Assembly: GCA_019186845.1 (NCBI GenBank)
Contig: JABARW010000018.1
Span: 3,180-67,179 of the forward strand
Origin: Planctomycetota bacterium
Lineage (GTDB): Bacteria; Planctomycetota; UBA8742; UBA2392
Direction of reading: 5' to 3'
Length of the DNA stretch: 64,000 bases
In this document: piece by piece, positions 45,458 through 53,111 of the stretch
Layout: each line of letters opens with the position of its first letter
Position numbering within the stretch: position 1 is the stretch's first letter
The notes under the pieces: model-generated
The model's input: the letters and a program-made list of their open reading frames with translations, nothing else
What the model was told of the DNA's origin: nothing
Database searches by the model: none
Position numbers and translations under genes: made by a program

Positions 45458-46651
45458 ATGCACGTCGTTTTCCTGAGTGAGCATTTCCACAAGCGGCCCA
45501 GCGGTCCGCGCAAGGCCTGCCTTGAACTGGCCCGCGCCATGGAGCAGCAGGGCCATCGCGTCAGCCTCATTGGCATGGCGCCCCGCAACGAAGACGAAGC
45601 CTGGACCGGCAGCGGGCCGGCATGCCTGAGGCGATACGCATGGCGCTGGCTGCCGGTTCGCCTGGGCCGGCCGCGGTTCTTTGCTCGTGAACTGGCGCGC
45701 CTGCACGCGCAAAGCCCCATCGACGCCGTCCTGGCCATGGGGCTTGAGGCCGGGGCGGCGGCCCTGCGCTTTCGTGCCCAAAGCGGCGTGCCCTACGTGC
45801 TCAACCCCCGCAGCTACCTGGGCGAAGCCGTCGGGCATCCCAAATTCAGCCTGGCAAGACGCCTCACGGAGCAATGCAACGGCTTCATCGCCCTCTCACC
45901 TGCCGCGTGCAAGGCGTGGTTTGCTCGCCTGGGCAGTGAGGTGCCGGGCCTGGCGCGAGGCATCTTCAATGGTTGCACGCCCGGGCGACCCAGCGGGCCC
46001 CAGAGCGCGCACCGCGAGCCGATGATTCTCAGCGTGGGCATGCTGCGACGGACCAAGGGGCACCACCTGGTGATCCGCGCCCTGGCTGAGCTCAAGCGCC
46101 AGCCCTGGACCTTGCTGATTGCCGGCGATGGCAAAGAACGCGCCCACCTTGAGCGCGACATCACGCGACTGGGGCTGACCTCGAAAGTGAAACTGGCGGG
46201 GCTGGTCGACCGCGGCGAGTTGGATGCCTTGTACGGTCAGGCAGATTTCTTCTGCCTCTTCCCCATCTACTTTGAGGCCTGCGGCAACGCCTTTCTTGAG
46301 GCCATGGCGGCGGGCCTGCCCATCGTGGCCAGCCAAGCCGGGGGAGTTCCTGAAGTCCTCGCCACCGAGCATGGGCGCGGCGTGCGGCTTGTGCCTCTGC
46401 GGGGCGCGGCCGACGTGGATGAAGACCTTGTCCTGCCTGACCTCGTGGCGGCCCTCGCCGACCAATTGGCCATACGACGCGGCACGCCCCCATGGACCGC
46501 GCAAAGCATCGCCCTGACCTGCCGCGCCGAGACCCTGACCTGGCAGCACGCCGCACAGGGCTATATTGAGGTTCTTGCGCAGGCGCGGCTGACGGCGCCG
46601 CAGCCTCTGCGGATTTTGGGCCCGCCTCGCCCCCCGCGCTACAGCCTTTGA
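45458..46651 (+). CDS. Glycosyltransferase family 4 (GT-B)
   Basis: E-x7-E region FEACGNAFLEAMAAGLPIVASQAGGVPEV. Confidence 0.8.
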   Translation: MHVVFLSEHFHKRPSGPRKACLELARAMEQQGHRVSLIGMAPRNEDEAWTGSGPACLRRYAWRWLPVRLGRPRFFARELARLHAQSPIDAVLAMGLEAGAAALRFRAQSGVPYVLNPRSYLGEAVGHPKFSLARRLTEQCNGFIALSPAACKAWFARLGSEVPGLARGIFNGCTPGRPSGPQSAHREPMILSVGMLRRTKGHHLVIRALAELKRQPWTLLIAGDGKERAHLERDITRLGLTSKVKLAGLVDRGELDALYGQADFFCLFPIYFEACGNAFLEAMAAGLPIVASQAGGVPEVLATEHGRGVRLVPLRGAADVDEDLVLPDLVAALADQLAIRRGTPPWTAQSIALTCRAETLTWQHAAQGYIEVLAQARLTAPQPLRILGPPRPPRYSL

Positions 46652-46696
46652 CTGCCGCGGGTTTCCCTTTCCCTGCAGGCTGCTAATCTCGCCGGG

Positions 46697-47620
46697 GTGC
46701 AGAAGCAAGTCGCGCTCATCACCGGCGCTGCCGGATTTCTGGGAAGGCACGTCTGCGCGGCCCTTGGCCGCCGCGGCTGGACCATTCGCGCCGTGGACAA
46801 CTTCTCGGCGGGCAGCCGAGAGCCCTTGCCCGGCGCCGAAATCATCGAAGCCGACGTCTCAACGGCGGCCGGCGCCGAGTTGGCGTGCCGCGGCGCGAGC
46901 GCTGTCGTGCATCTGGCGGCGTTTTCGTCTGTGCCGCGTTCCCTGGCCGACCCTGACCAGGCCCGGCGCGACACCGAGCAATCCACGCTGGATCTGATCC
47001 GCGCGGCATCGGCCCGGGGCATCAGTCGCTTTGTGTTCGCGAGCAGTTCCAGCGTTTATGGAGACGCCGGCAAGCCCCCCGTCCAGGAGGATTCGCCGCT
47101 GGCGCCCAAGAGCCCCTATGCCCAGGCCAAGCTCGCCAGCGAAGTTCACTTGCGGCAGGCGGCCCCGGGCCTCGACGCTGTTTGTCTGCGGTTTTTCAAC
47201 ATTTATGGTCCCGGCCAGCGGCCGGACGCCACTTACGCCGCCGCCATTCCACAGTTCTGCCGCCGCATCCTGCGCGACGAGGAAGTCACCATCTATGGCG
47301 ACGGCGAGCAAACCCGCGACTTCCTGTACGTGGAGGACGCCGCCCTGAGCGTGGCGGCGGCTTTGGAAGCGAAGCGACGCTTTGACGGCGCGCCGGTAAA
47401 CGTGGCCAGCGGCGAGTGCGTCACCATCAACCGCCTGGTGGCGCTGATTGGCGAGCTGGCGGGCCGCCGGCCTCGCGTGCGCCACGAAGGCGAGCGACGC
47501 GGCGATGTCCGCCTTTCCCAGGCGGATGTAAGCCGCGCGAAATCCTGGATGGACTTTCAGGCTGCCACCCCCCTGCAAGTGGGCCTCAGCCGCACCCTTG
47601 CCTGGCTCTCCGGCCATTGA
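46697..47620 (+). CDS. NAD-dependent nucleotide-sugar epimerase/dehydratase
   Basis: ITGAAGFLGRHV Rossmann motif and SPYAQAKLASE (YxxxK). GTG start. Confidence 0.8.
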   Translation: MQKQVALITGAAGFLGRHVCAALGRRGWTIRAVDNFSAGSREPLPGAEIIEADVSTAAGAELACRGASAVVHLAAFSSVPRSLADPDQARRDTEQSTLDLIRAASARGISRFVFASSSSVYGDAGKPPVQEDSPLAPKSPYAQAKLASEVHLRQAAPGLDAVCLRFFNIYGPGQRPDATYAAAIPQFCRRILRDEEVTIYGDGEQTRDFLYVEDAALSVAAALEAKRRFDGAPVNVASGECVTINRLVALIGELAGRRPRVRHEGERRGDVRLSQADVSRAKSWMDFQAATPLQVGLSRTLAWLSGH

Positions 47621-47674
47621 CGGGCCAGGCCCAACTGCGACAATGCGGTTCTGGGCCGGCAACCGGAGCAAACC

Positions 47675-48730
47675 TTGACACGACTCATACCAGCAGCCGT
47701 CGTGGTGGCGTTGTTGTGCGGGTTCGCCCAGGCCACCCACGCCCAGCCCAAAGTTCAGGGCGAGGATGACAAGCCGCGCGCCAAACGCGACATCAAGCCC
47801 TGCCGCGATGACAGCGGCGAGCTGCTGCCCCTGTTCAAGCTGTATGAGGTGGCGGGCCGCAAGTGGAAGGTCAAACGCGTGACCAGCCCCACCTCCGAAG
47901 GGGCGGACCGCTTTGACAAGTGGTTCGGCTATGAAGTGCTGGAGGTGCTCGAGGACCGCGCCATCGTGCGCCACACGGCCATGGATGCTTCGGGCGCGCC
48001 GCGCAAGGACGACACACCGGCCAACGTGGAGGTGCGATTTGACGCCGACAACGTCATGTTCGGCACGCCCATAGGCTGCAACAAGGTAAAGGAAGAAAGC
48101 ATCACGGTGGCGGCCGGCAAGTTTGACTGCATCCAGTATGCGGGCGCCCTGGACAACACGCGTATCTGGGTGAGTAAGGAGTATCCTTCGCTGGTCGTGC
48201 GCATGACGGGCAACAGCGGCTCATCTGAGGTGATAGAGTTCGAGCGCTTCAGCACGGACACCGCGCCGCCCAGGAAGGCCGCGGCCAGAGAGGGCGAGCT
48301 TGACTTCTCGCTCTATAAGCAGAAACGGAGCTGGCTGATCAAGACGCTCTCCATCAAGGGCGGAGTCAACCACCACGGCCACATGAAATACGAGGTCTCA
48401 AAGCCCACGGCCAAGGGCGCCGAACTCAAGATTACTCCGCTGAACGAGAGCAAGAAGCCCCTGAAAGACGCCAAGCCCCAGGAGAAAGTCGTACCCTTCT
48501 CAGATGAGGGGCGCGAATTCATCGAGCCGCCCTTGGGCGCGACGAAACTGCGGCTGGAGAAACGCAAGACGGCTGCCGGCGTCATGAGCTGTGTGGTTTA
48601 CCGCTTCAAGGATGACCAGGGGCGCGAAGTGCAGCTCTGGATGGCGCAAGACCTGCCGGGCCTGGTGGTGCGCACGCTCATCGGCGAAAACGGCGCCGAG
48701 GGCGGGTCAGAACTGATTGAGTTCAAGTGA
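47675..48730 (+). CDS. Secreted protein with two copies of an unrecognised ~140-aa domain (paralogue 1 of 3)
   Basis: Signal peptide (AVVVALLCGFAQATHA). Repeat 1 runs LFKLYEVAGRKWKVKRV...GKFDCIQYAG...WVSKEYPSLVVRM...EVIEFERF. Repeat 2 runs FSLYKQKRSWLIKT...GVMSCVVYRF...WMAQDLPGLVVRT...ELIEFK. TTG start. Confidence 0.6.
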   Translation: MTRLIPAAVVVALLCGFAQATHAQPKVQGEDDKPRAKRDIKPCRDDSGELLPLFKLYEVAGRKWKVKRVTSPTSEGADRFDKWFGYEVLEVLEDRAIVRHTAMDASGAPRKDDTPANVEVRFDADNVMFGTPIGCNKVKEESITVAAGKFDCIQYAGALDNTRIWVSKEYPSLVVRMTGNSGSSEVIEFERFSTDTAPPRKAAAREGELDFSLYKQKRSWLIKTLSIKGGVNHHGHMKYEVSKPTAKGAELKITPLNESKKPLKDAKPQEKVVPFSDEGREFIEPPLGATKLRLEKRKTAAGVMSCVVYRFKDDQGREVQLWMAQDLPGLVVRTLIGENGAEGGSELIEFK

Positions 48731-48746
48731 TGGGCGGGAGGCTGCC

Positions 48747-49745
48747 ATGCGCGTCACGTTATTGATTCTGTTGCTCTGCTGCCTGTCTCACACGGCCCTG
48801 GCTCAGGGCAAGCAGGAGACCAGCTTTCGACTCTATCAGGTGGCAGGCCGCACCTGGACCACCAAGAGCACCCCTGTTTCCAGCGGAGACGGCAACCTGG
48901 ACATTGGCTATGCGCGCCACGAAGTGCTCGAGGTCCATGAAACCTACGCGCTCTGCTCCTCCCTGCGCCTGGACCAGAACAAGAAGGTGCCAAAGGGTGT
49001 TGAACCCAGCGAATACCGGGTCGACTTCAAGCCTGACATCTACCCCTTTGCCGCGCCCGGCGGCGCGACGATGCTGGGCACGGAAAACGTGAAGGCGGCG
49101 GGCCTGACGTTTGAGTGCGAACTCTGGTCCAGCGGCAATCCGCCCTCGCGCTACTTCCGCAGCACCCGCTACCCGGGCCTCGTGGTCAAGGTCGAGGCCG
49201 GCTTTGGCAGGGAGGACCTCGTCGAGTTTGATGCCTTCAAGGAAGACGAGCCCCCGCCCCCACCCAAGAAAGGCGGCAAAAAGGGCGAGAAGGAACCTCC
49301 CAAGGCCGAAGAAGAGCCGCCGGCGGAGCCGGGCTTTGCCCTGTTCAAGTCCAGGCGAAGCTGGCTGATCCGCGAGCAGTCTCCCTCGGGCGAGGTCTAC
49401 CGCCGCTACGAGGTCACCAAAGTGGAGGCCGAAGGCGCGGAGCTGAAGGTGACCGAGCTGGATGCCGCGCGCAAGCCCGTCAAGGGCAAGCAGGAGGTCG
49501 CCCGGGTCGACTTTGGAGACGCTTCGAGCCCCTGGATTCAACCGCCCGCCGGGGCGCGCAAAAACCGGACAGAGCGGCGCAAGACGGCCTTTGGCCTGAT
49601 GGAGTGCGTGGTCTACGACGTGAAGGTAGACGGCCAGGATCGCCAGTTGTGGTACTCGGCGAAGTACCCGGGCCTGCTGGTGAGGGCGCGCCTGGGCGAG
49701 AAGGGCAAGGGCGGCACTTGGGAACTCGTAGAGTTCAAGGAGTAG
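48747..49745 (+). CDS. Secreted protein with two copies of the same domain (paralogue 2 of 3)
   Basis: GGGAGG RBS. Signal peptide MRVTLLILLLCCLSHTALA. FRLYQVAGRTWTTK...LTFECELW...STRYPGLVVKV...DLVEFDAF, then a PPPPPKKGGKKGEKEPPK linker, then FALFKSRRSWLIRE...GLMECVVYDV...YSAKYPGLLVRA...ELVEFKE. Confidence 0.65.
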   Translation: MRVTLLILLLCCLSHTALAQGKQETSFRLYQVAGRTWTTKSTPVSSGDGNLDIGYARHEVLEVHETYALCSSLRLDQNKKVPKGVEPSEYRVDFKPDIYPFAAPGGATMLGTENVKAAGLTFECELWSSGNPPSRYFRSTRYPGLVVKVEAGFGREDLVEFDAFKEDEPPPPPKKGGKKGEKEPPKAEEEPPAEPGFALFKSRRSWLIREQSPSGEVYRRYEVTKVEAEGAELKVTELDAARKPVKGKQEVARVDFGDASSPWIQPPAGARKNRTERRKTAFGLMECVVYDVKVDGQDRQLWYSAKYPGLLVRARLGEKGKGGTWELVEFKE

Positions 49746-49886
49746 GCAGACCTGCGCCGGGAATTGGGCAGTTGGTAAGTTTTGGTTGGAATTGGAGTTT
49801 GTCGGCTTGTTTGCTGGTTTGCGCACGTAACACTTGCACGCATGGGGCAATGGCCCTGCAGGGCCAATTCTTTACTGGAGAAACGA

Positions 49887-50960
49887 ATGAACCGCTTCTG
49901 GCTGGGCCTGCTGCTTTCGGGCATTTGCGCTGCACCTTCCGTCGTCTCGGCCCAGATGGGCGGCGAAGGCGGTGGCGATGACATGAAGGAGTACATTGAG
50001 GGCTACTTCAAGACCTGCGACACCAACAGCGACGGCAAGATTTCGCTGGAAGAAATCAAGAAGCTCTGGCTCGAGCGCGACAAGGCACTGGCAGAGGCCG
50101 GTGAAGACGAAGAGAAGCTCTCCAAGCTGTGGGAGAAGTACGCCTACGTCATGGACGTCTACACCTTTGCCCTGTCAGACGCCAACGATGACAGTGCGGC
50201 CACGAAGGAAGAAGTCAGCGCCTACTTCAAGAAAGTGGACAAGGGCGAGGAAACCAAGCTCACCCGCCACGACGTGGACCTGATCTTCGGCTACTCGTGG
50301 GACACGGAGATGGTGAAGTACGACAAGAACAAGGACGGCGCCATCAGCAAGGATGAGCTGGACGCCGAAGACCAGGGCGACTTCGACCAGTACGACACCA
50401 ACGGCGACGGCAAAGTCACGAGGGACGAATTCCTCGCCCTCATGCGCAAGAGCTACGACGTTGGCGGCGAAGAGACGCCCAAAGAGGGCCCCAAAGAAGG
50501 TCCGAAGGAAGGCCCCAAGGAAACGCCCGCCGGCGGCGAAATCGACAAGAGCGCCTTTGCCCTCTACACCAAGGAAGGCCGCTCCTGGACGGTCAAGAGC
50601 ATCACGACCATCGAGGGCATGGATCCCATCATCAGCTACGTGCAGACCGAGGTCGTGAAGGTCGCTGACGACCACGCCGAAATCAAGACGACCATCCTGG
50701 ACAAGGACCGCAAGCCCATGGCGGGCATGCCGGGCACCACGAGCAAAATTGAGTTCCGCGTTCCCAAGGCCGGCCAGCCGGGCAATGTGCCCAAGGTTGA
50801 AACCACCACCGAGACCATCAAGATTGAAGCCGGCGAGTTCGAGTGCATTGTGACTACCACCGAGCAGTCCAAGTCCTGGATCAGCAAGAAGTACCCGGGG
50901 CTGCTCGTAAAGATGGAGACCAAATCAACCAAGATGGAGCTGGTTGAGTTCAAGGAGTAG
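49887..50960 (+). CDS. Secreted EF-hand protein with one copy of the same domain (paralogue 3 of 3)
   Basis: Signal peptide MNRFWLGLLLSGICAAPSVVSA. EF-hand loops DTNSDGKISLEE, DKNKDGAISKDE, DTNGDGKVTRDE and a degenerate DANDDSAATKEE. (PKEG)x3 linker. FALYTKEGRSWTVK...GEFECIVTT...WISKKYPGLLVKM...ELVEFKE. Confidence 0.7.
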   Translation: MNRFWLGLLLSGICAAPSVVSAQMGGEGGGDDMKEYIEGYFKTCDTNSDGKISLEEIKKLWLERDKALAEAGEDEEKLSKLWEKYAYVMDVYTFALSDANDDSAATKEEVSAYFKKVDKGEETKLTRHDVDLIFGYSWDTEMVKYDKNKDGAISKDELDAEDQGDFDQYDTNGDGKVTRDEFLALMRKSYDVGGEETPKEGPKEGPKEGPKETPAGGEIDKSAFALYTKEGRSWTVKSITTIEGMDPIISYVQTEVVKVADDHAEIKTTILDKDRKPMAGMPGTTSKIEFRVPKAGQPGNVPKVETTTETIKIEAGEFECIVTTTEQSKSWISKKYPGLLVKMETKSTKMELVEFKE

Positions 50961-50979
50961 TAAACCCGCCGTACCATCA

Positions 50980-51012
50980 GCGGGCGCCCCTTGGGGCGCC
51001 CGCTTTTCTTTG
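50980..51012 (+). terminator. Rho-independent terminator
   Basis: AGCGGGCGCCC-CTTG-GGGCGCCCGCT (11-bp stem) followed by TTTCTTT, 20 nt after the stop at 50960. Confidence 0.8.
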
Positions 51013-51176
51013 AGCGGCACCCTGCGTCCGGTAAAAACTACTTCCCCTTTTTCTGCAAAGTCTCTCGCCGCGCCCTGCCGAATGCTGATTACCGCTGGAC
51101 TCCGCGGCGCTTGAGCTGGGGGTCGCCGCGGCATCACCCAGCGTTACCACGCAAGACGACGCACAAGGAGGGACGC

Positions 51177-51938
51177 ATGTTGACCAAGGGCCGGATTTCT
51201 CTGCTGATTGCCGCGGGCGGGCTGCTGCTCGTGGGACTGCTTGCTGCTGCGCTGTTTGTTCCGGGCGGCGAAGACGCCGCGCCGGAAGCCGCACCCAAGA
51301 AGAAGGAAACACCCGTCAAGATGGATGTCGCGGTCAACCCCGCCACGTCGCTGCCGGGCTCCATGGGTCTGCCCAAAGTGACGCCGGAGGCCACACCGAC
51401 GCCAGCCGTGAGCCCCACGCCCGCACAGCCCAAGGCCGAGCCGGCCAGGGAACCGGCCAAGCCTGCCATCATTGAGTACAAGGTTCAGCCCGGCGACATG
51501 CTGGCCAAGATCGCCAAGAAGTACGGCTGCAAGCTTGAAGACATCTACAAGCTCAACGAAGGGCTGACCCCGGCCACGGCCAACAAGATCCGCGTGGGCC
51601 AGGTCATCCGCGTGCCCAACGGCCCGGGCGCGGTAGTGGAGGCCGAGGCCGAGAAGCCAAAGGCCGAAGCCAAGGGCTTCCCCCAGCGCACCGTCAAAGC
51701 CGAGGCCGGCGACACGGCTTTCTCTCTGGCCATCGAGTACTACGGCTCGCGCAGCCTCTTCCGCATGATTGTCGAGGCCAACCCCAACTTGCCCTGGAGT
51801 GACCGGCTCAAGGGCGGCGAAGAAGTGCTCCTTCCCGCCTGGGGCGAACAGGTCGATGCCAAGCCAGCCGCGCAGCCCAGGAAGGAAGAAGACAAAGCCA
51901 CGGTCGAGCGTGACAGCATCATTCCGCCGCGCCGCTGA
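51177..51938 (+). CDS. Membrane-anchored protein with two LysM domains
   Basis: AAGGAGGG RBS. TM anchor (ISLLIAAGGLLLVGLLAAALF). LysM 1 is YKVQPGDMLAKIAKKYGCKLEDIYKLNEGL...IRVGQVIRVP. A second, divergent LysM is present near the C-terminus. Confidence 0.75.
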   Translation: MLTKGRISLLIAAGGLLLVGLLAAALFVPGGEDAAPEAAPKKKETPVKMDVAVNPATSLPGSMGLPKVTPEATPTPAVSPTPAQPKAEPAREPAKPAIIEYKVQPGDMLAKIAKKYGCKLEDIYKLNEGLTPATANKIRVGQVIRVPNGPGAVVEAEAEKPKAEAKGFPQRTVKAEAGDTAFSLAIEYYGSRSLFRMIVEANPNLPWSDRLKGGEEVLLPAWGEQVDAKPAAQPRKEEDKATVERDSIIPPRR

Positions 51939-51967
51939 TGCACAGGCCCATACGAAGGAGCCGGCCC

Positions 51968-53035
51968 TCAGGCCGGCTCTTTCTCTTTAAGCGCCTGTGC
52001 CGTCTCCTGCCATGAACCCGGCGACTTCGGAGGCGCCGGGGCATAGCCGTGCTCGACATACCAGGCGGCGGCGCGTCGCAGAGTTTCGCGCAGCGAGCGT
52101 GTGGGCATGCCCAGCTCGCGCAGGGCGCGGGAGTTGTCGTAGAACATGGGCTTCAGCGCCATGCGCACGCCCGCCAGGGGCACCTGCGGCGCCTTGCCGG
52201 TTACCTTGGCCTTGAGCTCGCTGAAGAAGGCCGCGGTCAATGCAACTGTCTTAGGCACTTTGAAGCGGGGCGCGGGCAGGCCGGTGATGTCGGCCAGCGT
52301 CTCGAAAATCTCGCGGATACTCGCGTTGATGTGAGCCAGGATGTAGCGCTCGCCCTTCTTGCCCTTCTGCGCGGCGAGAATGTGCCCGCGGGCGCAATCC
52401 TGCACGTCAATGACATTCAGGCCTGTCTCCATATAGCCCGGCATCTTGCGCAGCAGGAAGTCGAGTACGACGCGGCCCGTCGGCGTGGGCTTGACGTCAA
52501 AGGGGCCCATGGGCGCGGCAGGGTTCACGATAACCACGGGGGCGCCCTCCTGCGCCAGCCTGAGCACCCGCTGCTCGCCCAGAAACTTGCTGCGCGCGTA
52601 ATGCACAGCCAGTTCGTCCAGCCGCGGAAAGTCCTGCTCGTGGGGCAGGCGCGCTTCCCCACGCGGAGGCTTGCCCACGGTGACCACGCTGGAGGTGTGC
52701 ACGATGACGCTGCAGCCCGCCAGGGCGGCCGTTTTGGTGACGAGTTCGGCGCCTTTCTCATTGGCGTCGTAGATGTGTTTGACCTCGTGGCGGCGCAGGT
52801 AAAGCTGGTTCATGCCCGCCACGTGAAAGCAGGCATCGCAGCCCACCAGCCCGCGCCCCAGCGCCTTGGGGTCGTTCACGTCGCCGGTCACGACCTCGAC
52901 GCTCAGGCCCTTGATGGCGCGGTGATCGGCGTTGGCGCGCATCAGCACGCGCACTTCGACACCGTCTTCCAGCAGTTCCCGCACCACGGCCGAGCCGATG
53001 AAACCGCTGGCGCCGGTGACAAATGCCTTCTTCAT
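51968..53035 (-). CDS. hpnA: Hopanoid-associated sugar epimerase-like NAD-dependent epimerase/dehydratase (HpnA-like)
   Basis: VTGASGFIGSAVV, YARSK (YxxxK), VIVNPAAPMGPFDVKPTPTGRVV and GLNVIDVQDCARGH match what I recall of the HpnA family. Start at the ATG at 53035. Confidence 0.6.
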   Translation of the reverse strand: MKKAFVTGASGFIGSAVVRELLEDGVEVRVLMRANADHRAIKGLSVEVVTGDVNDPKALGRGLVGCDACFHVAGMNQLYLRRHEVKHIYDANEKGAELVTKTAALAGCSVIVHTSSVVTVGKPPRGEARLPHEQDFPRLDELAVHYARSKFLGEQRVLRLAQEGAPVVIVNPAAPMGPFDVKPTPTGRVVLDFLLRKMPGYMETGLNVIDVQDCARGHILAAQKGKKGERYILAHINASIREIFETLADITGLPAPRFKVPKTVALTAAFFSELKAKVTGKAPQVPLAGVRMALKPMFYDNSRALRELGMPTRSLRETLRRAAAWYVEHGYAPAPPKSPGSWQETAQALKEKEPA

Positions 53036-53111
53036 GCCCTCCAGAGTATGGGCGCCTCGCCCGCTTCGCAATTGGACTCGGGGGCCACCCTGCTAAATTG
53101 AGTGTTGCACC

